Shown here: piece by piece, positions 17,971 through 29,400 of the stretch
Position numbering within the stretch: position 1 is the first letter of the stretch
Layout of the letters: the number at the start of each line of letters is the position of its first letter
Notes under the pieces: generated by a model
Database searches by the model: none
Told to the model about the DNA's origin: nothing
What the model saw: the letters and a program-made list of their open reading frames with translations, nothing else
Source: Eubacteriales bacterium
GTDB lineage: Bacteria; Bacillota; Clostridia; Oscillospirales; CAG-272
Assembly: GCA_045658315.1 (NCBI GenBank)
Contig: JAZOUV010000079.1
Location: 1 to 46,651, forward strand
Direction: 5' to 3'
DNA length: 46,651 bases
Translations under genes and position numbers: made by a program

Positions 17971-20202
17971 ATGGAACACAATAATTGGGCAGGATTTAAA
18001 GGTTCACTTTGGAAAGAAAAAATTGATGTTCGCGATTTTATTCAGTCGAACTATAAAGAATATACGGGCGACTCCGAATTTTTGGAGGGGGCAACCGAAA
18101 GAACAAAAGCTTTGATGAAAAAGCTTCAGGCTCTTTTCGTTATTGAAAGACAGTTTGGCGGTGTGCTTGATATCGATACATCTACGGTTTCGACATTGAC
18201 ATCTTTTGCACCGGGATATCTCGATAAAGAGAATGAGCTTATTGTCGGTCTTCAGACAAACAGACCCTTGAAGCGTGGTGTAAATCCCTTCGGTGGTATG
18301 AGAATGGTAAAACAGGCTTGCAAGGCTTACGGATATAATCTCAGCCCCAAAGTTGAAGAAGAGTTTAAATTCAGAACTACTCATAACGAGGGCGTTTACA
18401 GAGCATATACCGATGAAATGAGAAAAGCAAGAAAATGTCATGTTATTACCGGCCTTCCCGACGCCTACGGTAGAGGAAGAATTATCGGTGACTACAGGCG
18501 TGTAGCACTGTACGGGGTGGACAGGCTCATTCAGGAAAAAACAAAAGATAAATATGCCATTGCCGAAGATGTTCTTATGACCGATAGCATTAGACTGACC
18601 GAAGAAGTTTATCAGCAGATTACTTTTTTAGGTTATTTAAAAGAAATGGCAGAAATGTACGGTTTTGATATCAGTCAGCCCGCTTCAAATGCTAAAGAGG
18701 CTATTCAGTGGACGTATTTTGCTTATCTGGGTGCTATAAAAGAGCAAAACGGTGCGGCTATGTCATTGGGACGTGTAAGTACTTTCTTTGACATATATAT
18801 CGAAAGAGATATTGCAAACGGATTACTTGACGAGAGTGGAGCACAAGAGCTTATTGATGATTTCGTAATGAAGCTTCGTATGGCTCGTCACCTCCGTACT
18901 CCCGAATATAACGAGCTTTTCGGCGGCGATCCCATGTGGATAACCGAGGCTGTCGGCGGTATGGGAACAGACGGGAGAACGCTTGTTACAAAGAGTAGCT
19001 ATCGTATTCTTAACACTCTTTACACTCTCGGATCATCTCCCGAGCCTAACCTTACTATCCTTTGGTCAAATCAGCTTCCTATGAATTTTAAAAGATTTTG
19101 TGCCAAGGTTTCTGCCGACACAGATTCAATTCAATACGAAAACGACGATGTTATGCGTCCTATTTACGGTGATGACTATGCTATCGCTTGCTGTGTCTCG
19201 GCTATGAAGGTGGGCAAACAGATGCAGTTCTTCGGTGCTCGCTGCAACTTAGCTAAACTTTTGCTAATTGCTTTGAACGGCGGATATGATGCGGATTGTG
19301 ATATGTATATCGGTCCTCAAATGGAGCCAATGGCTGTTGATAAGTTAGATTTTGATGATGTTATGGCTCGGTATGATATCTATATTCAGTGGTTGAGTGA
19401 GCTTTACGTTAAGACGATGAACATTATCCACTATATGCATGACAAGTATGCTTATGAGAAAACGCAGATGGCTTTGCACGACTCCTTTGTTGAGCGTTTT
19501 ATGGCATTTGGTATTGCCGGTCTTTCTGTTGTTGCAGATTCGTTAAGTGCTATAAAATTTGCAAACGTTAAGCCTATTGTTAATGACAATGGATATATAG
19601 TTGATTTTGAAACTACGGGCGAATTTCCTAAGTACGGTAACGATGATGATAGAGTTGATGTTATTGCAAAAGATATGACACATAAGTTTATCACAGAGCT
19701 TCGTAAAACTCCTACTTACAGAAATTCCATTCATACGCTTTCTGTTCTTACGATTACCTCAAATGTTATGTACGGCAAAAACACGGGTTCTACTCCTGAC
19801 GGAAGAGCGGCAGGTATGGCTTTTGCGCCCGGTGCTAACCCTATGCACAACAGAGAAGAAAACGGTGCTTTGGCAAGTCTTAACTCCGTTGCAAAGCTTT
19901 CCTATGATGATTGCCGTGACGGTATTTCCAATACCTTCTCGATAACACCTCAGGCACTCGGCAGAACAGAAGACGAAAGAACAACCAACCTCGTTTCTAT
20001 TCTGGACGGTTATTTTGCGAAAAAGGCTCATCACATCAATATTAACGTTTTGAACAGGGAGACATTGATGAAGGCATACGAAGATCCCGAAAGCTATCCC
20101 AATCTAACTATCAGAGTTTCGGGTTATGCAGTAAACTTCAACAAGCTCTCTCGCGAACAACAAAGAGAAGTTATAAGCCGTACTTTCCACGAAGCTTTAT
20201 GA
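17971..20202 (+). CDS. pflB: Pyruvate formate-lyase
   Basis: [23 protein letters not shown] active-site Cys pair, RVSGY glycyl-radical motif; GGAGG before ATG 17971. Confidence 0.97.
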   Translation: MEHNNWAGFKGSLWKEKIDVRDFIQSNYKEYTGDSEFLEGATERTKALMKKLQALFVIERQFGGVLDIDTSTVSTLTSFAPGYLDKENELIVGLQTNRPLKRGVNPFGGMRMVKQACKAYGYNLSPKVEEEFKFRTTHNEGVYRAYTDEMRKARKCHVITGLPDAYGRGRIIGDYRRVALYGVDRLIQEKTKDKYAIAEDVLMTDSIRLTEEVYQQITFLGYLKEMAEMYGFDISQPASNAKEAIQWTYFAYLGAIKEQNGAAMSLGRVSTFFDIYIERDIANGLLDESGAQELIDDFVMKLRMARHLRTPEYNELFGGDPMWITEAVGGMGTDGRTLVTKSSYRILNTLYTLGSSPEPNLTILWSNQLPMNFKRFCAKVSADTDSIQYENDDVMRPIYGDDYAIACCVSAMKVGKQMQFFGARCNLAKLLLIALNGGYDADCDMYIGPQMEPMAVDKLDFDDVMARYDIYIQWLSELYVKTMNIIHYMHDKYAYEKTQMALHDSFVERFMAFGIAGLSVVADSLSAIKFANVKPIVNDNGYIVDFETTGEFPKYGNDDDRVDVIAKDMTHKFITELRKTPTYRNSIHTLSVLTITSNVMYGKNTGSTPDGRAAGMAFAPGANPMHNREENGALASLNSVAKLSYDDCRDGISNTFSITPQALGRTEDERTTNLVSILDGYFAKKAHHININVLNRETLMKAYEDPESYPNLTIRVSGYAVNFNKLSREQQREVISRTFHEAL

Positions 20203-20903
20203 TTAAAGGAAAAGTTCATTCGATACAAACTCTCGGAACCTTAGACGGACCGGGAGTGCGTTTCGTTGTGTTTACTCAAGGGTGTAATCTGCGGTGTTCC
20301 TGCTGTCATAATCCTGATACGTGGGAATGTTCGGGCGGAACAGAATATACTCCCGAAGAAATTGTAAATAAAGCAAAACGGTATAAAGAATACTTTGGAA
20401 ATGAAGGCGGAATTACCTTTTCCGGCGGAGAACCCTTGCTTCAAGCGGATTTTGTATACAATACATTTAAGTTGTGTCACGAAAATGGTATAAATACTTG
20501 TCTTGACACTTCCGGAAGTATACTGAACGATAATGTTGTTGAGCTTTTGCGTGAGTGTGACAGAGTTCTGCTTGATATAAAATACACAGAAAACGAGCTT
20601 TATAATAAATACGTAGGATGTGAGCTGGCAAACGTTTTGGAATTTCTTGAGGTTCTTCAAAGTATGCAAATAAAGACTACGATACGTCAAGTAGTTATCC
20701 CGACAGTGAATGATTATCAAGAAAATTTTGTTAAGTTGAAAGCGATTGCCGATAAGCATACAGTTGTTGACAAAATTGAATTATTACCGTTTAGAAAAAT
20801 TTGCACGACCAAGTATGAAGAATTAAAGCTTGATTTTCATTTTGCTGATTTGCCTACCCCTTCCGATGACGATATGCAAATTTTTAAAAAAATACTTAAA
20901 TAA
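20199..20903 (+). CDS. pflA: Pyruvate formate-lyase activating enzyme (radical SAM)
   Basis: [17 protein letters not shown] (CxxxCxxC), SGGEPLLQ; ATGA overlap with pflB. Confidence 0.96.
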   Translation: MIKGKVHSIQTLGTLDGPGVRFVVFTQGCNLRCSCCHNPDTWECSGGTEYTPEEIVNKAKRYKEYFGNEGGITFSGGEPLLQADFVYNTFKLCHENGINTCLDTSGSILNDNVVELLRECDRVLLDIKYTENELYNKYVGCELANVLEFLEVLQSMQIKTTIRQVVIPTVNDYQENFVKLKAIADKHTVVDKIELLPFRKICTTKYEELKLDFHFADLPTPSDDDMQIFKKILK

Positions 20904-20909
20904 AAAGAT

Positions 20910-20949
20910 TGCCTTAACATATTTTTATATATGCTAAGGCATTTTCTTT
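20910..20949 (+). terminator. Intrinsic terminator after pflA
   Basis: TGCCTTAACATAT/ATATGCTAAGGCA stem (one mismatch) then TTTTCTTT. Confidence 0.65.
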
Positions 20950-21062
20950 GCAAAAAATTGGCAGTTATAAACCTTGTATGTTTGTTTATAATAATACCAG
21001 AGTCAAACAGACTCAATTGATATAGATTTTTGATTTTTATCAAAAAACAAGGAGAAAACAAA

Positions 21063-21263
21063 ATGGCATCTAACAAGACACTCGTTCCCGAGGCTAAGGA
21101 AGCTCTTAACCGTTTCAAGATGGAAGCTGCTAATGAAGTTGGCGTAAACCTCAAGCAGGGTTACAACGGCGACCTCACTTCTAAGCAGGCAGGTTCCGTT
21201 GGCGGTCAGATGGTTAAGAAGATGATCGAAAAATACGAGAACGATATGAAGGGTTCTAACTGA
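21063..21263 (+). CDS. ssp: Alpha/beta-type small acid-soluble spore protein
   Basis: LVPEAKEALNRFKMEAANEVGV...YNGDLTSKQAGSVGGQMVKKMI; AAGGAG before ATG 21063. Confidence 0.95.
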   Translation: MASNKTLVPEAKEALNRFKMEAANEVGVNLKQGYNGDLTSKQAGSVGGQMVKKMIEKYENDMKGSN

Positions 21264-21295
21264 CTGTAATTAAACAGTTATAATAGAACAAAAAG

Positions 21296-21345
21296 ATAGT
21301 GTCCTTACCGAAATGTAAAAATCTCGGTAGGGGCATTATTATTTT
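21296..21345 (+). terminator. Terminator after ssp
   Basis: ATAGTGTCCTTACCGA/TCGGTAGGGGCATTAT stem with G-U pairs, T-rich tail. Confidence 0.7.
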
Positions 21346-21346
21346 G

Positions 21347-21375
21347 TTGACTTATTTTTGATATGATGTTAAAAT
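21347..21375 (+). promoter_or_regulatory. Sigma-A-type promoter for rqcH-addB-addA
   Basis: TTGACT, 17 bp, TAAAAT with extended -10 TG. Confidence 0.6.
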
Positions 21376-21406
21376 AATTAATGAGATTATTTTAGGAGAT
21401 ATTATA

Positions 21407-23155
21407 ATGGCTTTTGATGCAGGTATGGTTGCCGCTTTGGCAAATGAGCTTAATAATAGATTGGCGGGGGCGAGAATCGATAAGATTCAACAACCCGAAA
21501 AAGAAGAGATAGTTCTGACTTTACGGGCCGACAGAGAGAATCTGAGGTTATCCGTTTCTTCGGGGGCTAATAATCCGAGAATAAATCTGACTGATGTAGT
21601 AAAAGAAAATCCTGCGACGGCTCCTATGTTTTGTATGTTGCTTCGTAAACATCTTACGGGCGGAAGAGTTGTTTCTGTTGAACAGCACGGCTTTGAACGG
21701 TTACTGGAAGTTAAAATGGAGTGCAGAGACGAAATGGGCTTTCTTTGCACACGCTACTTGATCGTAGAAATAATGGGTAAGTACAGCAATATTATTTTCT
21801 GCGATGAAAACAAAAAAATTATCGGTGCGATCAAACCCGTAGATTTTACCACAAGCAGCAAGAGACAGATACTGCCCGGGATGACCTACGAGTATCCGCC
21901 TGCTCAGGATAAGTTGTCACCACTTGATACAACTAAAGAGGAGTTTGAATTTCTTTTTAATAAATCGCCCAAAGACAAGCTTGTTTCACGCTTTATTACG
22001 GACAGCTATATGGGCATATCATTGCTTGTTTCTTCGGAAATTGCCTACAAAACTACGGGGAATGTTGACGTGCTCTTATCTGAATGCGTTTTTGAAGATC
22101 TGTGGGATAATTTCAATGAACTTATATCTTTAATAAAAGAAAAAAGGTTTATTCCGGTTTTGCTAAAAGCAAATGAAAAGCCTGTTGAATTCAGTTTTAT
22201 GAACATTAAGCGGTTCGGCGGAGTGTACAGCAAGAATGAGTGCGAATCGTTCAGCCGTCTTATTGATGAATACTATGTAAAAAAAGAACGCATAAATCAT
22301 ATCAAACAAATATCGGCTGATTTGCTTAAATTCTTGACTACTAATGAAAACCGTATTATAAAAAAGCTTTCTATTCATAAAGAAGAAATAAGAAAAGCAA
22401 AGGAAGGCCTTAAATTCAAAGACTTAGGAGATATTATTACTGCGAATATTTATATGCTCAAAAGAGGGGATACCAAGGTGAAACTGTGGGACTATACAAT
22501 AGACCCGCCTGTAGAAAAAGAAATAACTCTCGATTCAAAGCTATCGCCCTCTCAAAATGCTCAAAGATATTACAAGAGATACAATAAGTCTAAAAAGGCA
22601 ATTAGTGTTTTGAGTGAGCAACTGAAAAATGACGAGATAGAACTGTCGTATATAAGATCTGTACTCGATTCGCTGTCGAGAGCAGAGGGAGAAACCGACC
22701 TTGAAGAAATAAGAAGGGAACTTAAGGCTTCGGGGTATGGTATTAAATCAAAATCCGTGCAAAAAAATACTCAAAAAAACTATCCGTTTGAGTTTAAAAC
22801 GAAAAACGGTTACACCGTTCTGTGCGGAAAAAATAATATTCAGAATGATATGCTGACCTTTAAGACTGCCGCAAAGCTCGACTACTGGTTCCACGTAAAA
22901 AATATTGCAGGCTCTCATTGTATTATGATATGCAACGGAGAAGAGCCGCCCGAAATTGATTTTACCGAGGCTGCGATTATAGCTGCTACCCATTCTAAAG
23001 CGTCTGAAGGTGAGAATGTCGCCGTTGACTATACCTTTGTAAAAAATATTAAAAAGATTAATTCTGCAAAGCTCGGGCTTGTAACTTACTCTACAAATTG
23101 GACTGCATATGTTACTCCCGATGAAAAACTGTGTGAAAAACTCCGTGTGAGGTAA
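21407..23155 (+). CDS. rqcH: RqcH/NFACT family ribosome quality-control protein (FbpA-like)
   Basis: MAFDA start, PMFCMLLRKHL, EIMGKYSN, NAQRYYKRYNK, GKNNIQNDMLT, WFHVKNIAGSH, VAVDYT. Confidence 0.93.
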   Translation: MAFDAGMVAALANELNNRLAGARIDKIQQPEKEEIVLTLRADRENLRLSVSSGANNPRINLTDVVKENPATAPMFCMLLRKHLTGGRVVSVEQHGFERLLEVKMECRDEMGFLCTRYLIVEIMGKYSNIIFCDENKKIIGAIKPVDFTTSSKRQILPGMTYEYPPAQDKLSPLDTTKEEFEFLFNKSPKDKLVSRFITDSYMGISLLVSSEIAYKTTGNVDVLLSECVFEDLWDNFNELISLIKEKRFIPVLLKANEKPVEFSFMNIKRFGGVYSKNECESFSRLIDEYYVKKERINHIKQISADLLKFLTTNENRIIKKLSIHKEEIRKAKEGLKFKDLGDIITANIYMLKRGDTKVKLWDYTIDPPVEKEITLDSKLSPSQNAQRYYKRYNKSKKAISVLSEQLKNDEIELSYIRSVLDSLSRAEGETDLEEIRRELKASGYGIKSKSVQKNTQKNYPFEFKTKNGYTVLCGKNNIQNDMLTFKTAAKLDYWFHVKNIAGSHCIMICNGEEPPEIDFTEAAIIAATHSKASEGENVAVDYTFVKNIKKINSAKLGLVTYSTNWTAYVTPDEKLCEKLRVR

Positions 23156-23161
23156 TTATTA

Positions 23162-26100
23162 ATGATTAAATTTGTGTACGGCCCCGCCGCCTGCGGTAAA
23201 AGCACATATATTTACAATAAAATAATTGAAGACCTGCAAAACGGTAAAAAGCCTATTCTTATTGTGCCTGATCAAAATATACTTTCTGCTGAAAGGGCAA
23301 TTATCGACATGGCGGCTGACGTGTCAACCATTGACCTTGAGGTGTTAAGCTTTCGGCGTCTCGCCAATCATGTTTTCAGGACATTGGGCGGTCTTTCGTT
23401 TAATGATTTGAGCGAGGGCGGTCGTTTGCTTATTATGTGGCGTGCCCTTCGTGAAGCCTCTGCCTTTCTTAAGGTTTACGATAAGGTTGACGATAAAAAC
23501 ACATCATTTGCAGAGATTATGCTTTCAACTGTTGATGAGCTTAAACAGTTTGCAATAACACCCCCAATGCTTGAATCCGCAGGTAACAAGCTTCAGGAAA
23601 AACATAAAACACTAAGTGAAAAATTGCAGGATATTAGTTTTATTTACGGAACATATCAAGCGTTTCTGTCAAAAGAGTACAATGACCCTGCCGACGAATT
23701 GACGCGTCTTGCATCTACGCTTGAAAACAGTGGATTTTTTAACGGCTATAGTGTATATTTTGATTCTTTTGACAGCTTTACTCCGCAACAGTATAAGGTT
23801 ATCAATCATATTATGCTGCAGTCGGATGAAGTAACTTTTTCTCTTTGTTACTCTCCCGAAGATAACACGGATGTTTTCGGCACTACCGAGGCTACTTATA
23901 AAAATATAAATAAATTTGCTAACAGATATAACATTAAGACTTTTGGGACTTATTTAAAAGAAAGTCTCGGTTTTGAATACGACGATATAGCGTATGTTTC
24001 AAAAAATCTTTGGAGACACGAAGTTGAAAACGAGGCTTTTTTAGGGGATAATTCTCACGTCAACACGATAGTTTGCCATGATAAGTTTGAAGAAGCTGAA
24101 GCTGTAGTTTGTGATATACTTAAAAAAGTGAGATGCGGTGAAAGATATAAAGATATTCTTGTGATCGCAAGAGACATAAATTCGTACGAGGGTATTATTG
24201 ATTGCGAGCTCGAAAACAACGGTATACCGTTTTTTATGTCACGCAGAACAGATATTACGTCAAAACCCGTATTTAAGCTGATTCTTGCCACTTTGGCAAT
24301 AAAAAATAAAGGGTGGCGTTTTAATGACGTTATTTCTTATGTAAAAACGGGGCTTGCAGGTATCAGCTACGATGAATGCGATATTCTTGAAAACTACACG
24401 TCTGCTTGGAATATAAACGGCAGGCGTTGGTTTGACGGAATTGACTGGAATATGAACCCCGACGGATTTGTTGAAAAAATTTCGGATGACGGTGCAGATA
24501 CTATAAAGAAGGCAAACGAGATTAGAAATAAAATTGTTCCCCCGCTTGTGAAGCTGTTTGATTCGATAGGCGGAACTACAGTTACTGATATCACTCGTGC
24601 TTTGTATGACTTCCTCTGTGAGTTGAATATAAAAGAGCAGATAGAGGAAAAAGCTTCAGAATGTCGCAGGATGGGCGAATACGCCCAAGAAAAAGAGCTT
24701 ATACAGCTTTGGAATCTGCTTATAAATGCACTCGATGACGTTGTTGCATTTGCAGGTGATATGAAGGTTGACGGCTCGGTCTATGCAACAATCATAGAAC
24801 TTGTTCTCAGCAAGATAGATATCGGAACTATCCCTGCAAGTGTTGACCAGGTTATACTCGGAAGTGCATCCATGTTACGCACGGGAAGCGTACCGCACGT
24901 TTATTTGCTGGGTGTAAATGAGGGCGTCTTTCCTAAAACTGCCGAAGAAAACTGTATTTTCAGCGATAATGAAAAAAATATATTGAAATCTGTTGATGTG
25001 GAATTGAGTCCCGGAAGCGATAGGCAGACGGCTGATGAGCTGTATTGGTTCTATAGGGCAATTTCATCGGCAAAACAAAGCCTTACTCTCACCTATTGCG
25101 GTTCCGATCTCAAAGGTGCTTCAAGCAACATATCGGTTGTTGGTTCAAGAGTGAATTATCTTTTGAATGAAAAGCCTGTGATTAATTATTCAAATATTCC
25201 GCCGGAAGAAAAAATTCAAGGCAAAAGCATTGCTTTGAAGCTTTTAGCATTAAACAGGGATAACGAAACGGGACTGGCTTTGCAGAGATATTTTGAAAAA
25301 AATGACGGCTTTGCTGATATAGTTGATTATTTTGATACTCCGCTTGAAGCGGGGGTATCGGATATAGACAGTGCACTTGCCGGCGAAATATACAAAGGGA
25401 ATATGTCTACCAGTCAGTCGAGGATCGACAGCTATGTTAAATGTTCGTTTGAATATCACTGCAAATATATACTCAAGCTTCAAGAAAAAAAGGCAGCTGT
25501 TTTCAGAAGTAATGATATAGGTAATTTCGTTCACATTGTTCTTGAACGTTTTATGTCTGAAATTGCTACTGAAAATGGCATTAACACCGATATGAACGAA
25601 GATGAGATTGAGCGGCTTATCAATCAAATAATAAACGATTACGTGAAAAATGCGTGTCAGGGAATCCCCGAGAACAGCCAAAGGTTTATGCACCTTATCA
25701 AACGCTTAAAGAGAACGACGATGCTCCTTGTTCACAATATTTTGGCGGAATTTCGCCAAAGTGAATTTGTTCCCAAATTTTTTGAAATGCCAATTTCTCA
25801 CGAAAACGAAAATGGTGTCGAGCCTTATGAGATTGACCTTGAAGATGGTACAAAGCTTTATATGAGGGGAATAGTTGACAGGGTAGATACCTTCAAAAAA
25901 GGCAAAGATGTTTATATTCGTATTGTTGACTATAAAACGGGAACAAAGACCTTTTCGCCCGATGACATAGAAAAAGGGTTAAATCTACAGATGCTTTTAT
26001 ACCTTTTTGCTATCTGGAACACCAAGAAAAATGATTTTAAAGACAGAATTAAATGCGAGGGTGATATCTTGCCTGCGGGAATACTTTACTTTGCCGCAAA

Positions 26101-26488
26101 GGCTCCCGATTTTACTATTGAAAACGACGATGATATACAAAATGCATATACTATTGCATCAAACAGTGTGGGAAGAGTGGGAATGCTTATAAATGACATA
26201 GAGATACTTAAAGCGATGGATAAAAATCTTGAGCAAAAGTATATTCCTGTCAAGCTTTATAAAAACGGAAATCTGAGCAATACAAAGTATCTTAAATCTA
26301 TAGAAGAGTTTGGTCAATTGTCACGCCAAATTGACGGTATATTGACCAAAATAGCATCGGATATAAAGTCGGGCAGTGTAAAAGCTCAGCCTATGGAAAT
26401 GAAAAACAAGACCGAAAGCCCATGCACATACTGTAAAATGAAGCCTATATGCAGACGCTTGGATAAGGAGGAAGATGATGAGCAGTAA
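23162..26488 (+). CDS. addB: ATP-dependent helicase/nuclease subunit B
   Basis: GPAACGKS, SFRRLA, PD-(D/E)xK motif RGIVDRVD...IVDYKTG, LQMLLY, Fe-S ligands (YVKC and CTYCKMKPIC). Confidence 0.94.
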   Translation: MIKFVYGPAACGKSTYIYNKIIEDLQNGKKPILIVPDQNILSAERAIIDMAADVSTIDLEVLSFRRLANHVFRTLGGLSFNDLSEGGRLLIMWRALREASAFLKVYDKVDDKNTSFAEIMLSTVDELKQFAITPPMLESAGNKLQEKHKTLSEKLQDISFIYGTYQAFLSKEYNDPADELTRLASTLENSGFFNGYSVYFDSFDSFTPQQYKVINHIMLQSDEVTFSLCYSPEDNTDVFGTTEATYKNINKFANRYNIKTFGTYLKESLGFEYDDIAYVSKNLWRHEVENEAFLGDNSHVNTIVCHDKFEEAEAVVCDILKKVRCGERYKDILVIARDINSYEGIIDCELENNGIPFFMSRRTDITSKPVFKLILATLAIKNKGWRFNDVISYVKTGLAGISYDECDILENYTSAWNINGRRWFDGIDWNMNPDGFVEKISDDGADTIKKANEIRNKIVPPLVKLFDSIGGTTVTDITRALYDFLCELNIKEQIEEKASECRRMGEYAQEKELIQLWNLLINALDDVVAFAGDMKVDGSVYATIIELVLSKIDIGTIPASVDQVILGSASMLRTGSVPHVYLLGVNEGVFPKTAEENCIFSDNEKNILKSVDVELSPGSDRQTADELYWFYRAISSAKQSLTLTYCGSDLKGASSNISVVGSRVNYLLNEKPVINYSNIPPEEKIQGKSIALKLLALNRDNETGLALQRYFEKNDGFADIVDYFDTPLEAGVSDIDSALAGEIYKGNMSTSQSRIDSYVKCSFEYHCKYILKLQEKKAAVFRSNDIGNFVHIVLERFMSEIATENGINTDMNEDEIERLINQIINDYVKNACQGIPENSQRFMHLIKRLKRTTMLLVHNILAEFRQSEFVPKFFEMPISHENENGVEPYEIDLEDGTKLYMRGIVDRVDTFKKGKDVYIRIVDYKTGTKTFSPDDIEKGLNLQMLLYLFAIWNTKKNDFKDRIKCEGDILPAGILYFAAKAPDFTIENDDDIQNAYTIASNSVGRVGMLINDIEILKAMDKNLEQKYIPVKLYKNGNLSNTKYLKSIEEFGQLSRQIDGILTKIASDIKSGSVKAQPMEMKNKTESPCTYCKMKPICRRLDKEEDDEQ

Positions 26489-29400
26489 GTTTGAGTTAAC
26501 ACCTGCACAACGTAAGGCTGTTGAACTGCGTGGACATACTATGCTTGTGTCTGCGGCAGCGGGCTCGGGCAAAACTGCCGTGCTTACCAAAAGAATAATC
26601 AATCTTGTTACCGACTCCGAGTCACCTGTTGATGTTTCCGAGCTCCTTGTTGTTACCTTTACAAAAGCGGCTGCAACGGAGCTTAAAGAACGTATATCAA
26701 GTGCTGTTTTTTCAGCGTTAAAAGAAGATCCCTCCAACAAGCATCTTTCAAATCAGCTTCTTAACCTCGGCAAAGCAAAAATTTGCACGATCCACTCTTT
26801 TTGTGCCGATCTTGTAAAAACTCATTTTCAAAATCTTGAATTGCCTGCAACCCTTCGTATAGCAGACGAAAGCGAAGCTGCACTTATCTGCAACAATATT
26901 ATGAATGAGTTGATAGATTCGTGTTACGGTGGTCTTTATTCGGAGACAATAACCGACTTTGCGGATTTTACAGAGAACTTTTTACAGGCAAAAAAAGACG
27001 ACAGTCTTCCCGTTGTCTTTTCAAGTGTGTATAATTATTTGCGTAATTTTCCGTTGGGACTTGAATTGTTGAATGAATGTGCAACCGAGCTTGAAATCGG
27101 TTCTTCATTAAACCCGCTTCAAACCAAATGGGGGTGCAAAATAAGAGAATACCTAAAAAGAACATTTGTATATTATTTTGAACAGCTTGAAAGTGCGTGT
27201 AATTATTTTCAGACAGATGAAAGGTTTGCAAAAGCTTATTTGCCTGCTTTTGAGGAAGACAGACGTGTTTGTTATAAAATCATTTCTTCTGTCGAAGAAA
27301 CGGGATATACAGAGCTTGCCGAGTGTTTTTTCGGTAATATAAAAACCAAGCTCGGCAGTGTTAAAACAGAGTATCAAACAGCACAATCGGATCATTATAG
27401 AGCAATGCGTGCTGAATTTTGGGACAAAATGAATAGGGCTTCTGCGAGTTATTTTGCTTTTTCCGAAAGTGTGGTCAAATCCCATTTCGCACGTACAGCC
27501 GAAGTTTGCAAAAATATGTATGCTTTTCTTTCTGCTTTTGACGGAATGTATAAAGAGGAAAAGAAAAGCAGGGGGCTTCTTGATTACAATGATCTTGAAG
27601 TTTTTGCGTTACGTCTTCTTTATGATGATAAGGCATGTACAATCCCGAGTGAACTTGCAAAAAGTATAAAAGAAAAATATAAATATATCTTTATTGATGA
27701 GTACCAGGATGTTAACGAGCTTCAGGATAAGATATTCTCGGGACTTAGTACACCGACAAACAGATTCATGGTCGGTGATATAAAGCAGAGCATATATGGT
27801 TTCAGAGGCTCTGAACCGGGACTTTTTTCGGGATACAGAACGGTGTTTCCCGAAATATCTTCACAAAAAAATGAATGTCCCGATTCTGACGGTGTTACAC
27901 TTTATTTATCTAACAACTTTAGAAGTGACAGAACTGTTATCGATTTTTCAAATGCAGTCTTTGAGGTTCTTTTCAAGAATAACAGTGGAAAAGCACCTTA
28001 TACCGAAGGAGACAGACTTGTTTGTTCAAAAGTATATGAAGACGGTGAACAAGACTATAAAGTAAGACTTTGCTTTATGGAAGATAATGATGATGTAAAA
28101 GGTGTTGTCAGAGAGGCTGAATTTGTTGCTTCTGAAATTGAAAAAATGGTGAAGCAGGGAACTGACCCATCGGATATAGCATTGCTTTTTCGCTCACGCA
28201 ACAACACTATTTATTTTGAAGAAGCACTGAAAAAGAGAAAGATTGCCAGCTTTAACCAAGTTGACAGAGATTTTTTCGAGAACGATGCAGTTCTTCTGAT
28301 GCTTTGTTTGCTTAATGCTGTTGATAATCCAAGCAGAGATATTTATCTTGCGGGGGTATTAAAAAGTCCTATATTCGGATTTTCGTTGTCTGAATTAACA
28401 TCAATTCGCCGATATGAACCCAAAGGTACATTGTTTAATGCTTTGCAAAAATTTTATAACGATACATCAGATGAAAAATGCTGTCACTTTCTTTTGAAAT
28501 TAAAGCAATGGCGTAAATATGCCGAAGGCTGTCCTGTTGACAAATTGGTAAGGTATATTTATAATGATACGCACATCGTTGAACTGCTTTCGGGAAAAAA
28601 GAACAAAGACTCCGATATTGAAAGACAGGCCAATCTGCTCTTGCTTTATGAATATGCACGTCAGTTTGAAAACGGTAGCTTTAAGGGACTTTACAATTTT
28701 ATTCTCTTTTTAAATGATGTTCTTGAGAAAAAAACTAAGCTGTCCAATGCACGTCTTACGGGAGAGGGAAAAGGCGTTATTAATATTATGTCTGTCCACA
28801 ATTCCAAGGGACTTGAGTTTGATACTGTTTTTTTCTGTGATACTGCCCATCAGTTTAACAGGAGTGATGAAAGAAACTCATATATAATGCATAAGGATTT
28901 CGGCTTGACCTTGCGTCTTCGTGATGAAACGTCCTTTGGTAAGTTTAATACTTTGCCGAGAAGTGCTGCTGAGATTGCTGTACACGAGGATGCTTTGGAT
29001 GAAGAAATGCGTGTTCTTTATGTTGCTTTGACTCGTGCAAAAAAGAGGCTTATCATTACGTCGGCTTTGAAAAAGGCAAAAGAGGTAATAGAATGTATAG
29101 CTTCCGCCGAGCGTCATATATCAAGGCATATTTTGCTTGAAGCGAAAAATATGTCAGAGCTTATTCTGTGGGGAATTCTTAAATCTGACTATTCCGACTA
29201 TGAGCTTGAATTTATTTCGCCCGATATTGACGATGAGGTGGTTTTGGATGAAGAAATTGCTAAAGCTTGCGATGAAGCACGTATAAAGGAGATTGAAGAC
29301 AAAATAGAAGAAAGGCTGTCTTTTAAATATCCTTACGCTGAATTGACCGTATTGCCTTCAAAGCTTGCTGTTTCAAAGCTTTATCCCGGTGTGCTTGATG

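Noticed and set aside
20960-21030. Sigma-G promoter expected upstream of ssp
   Set aside because: I could not find correctly spaced -35 and -10 elements.
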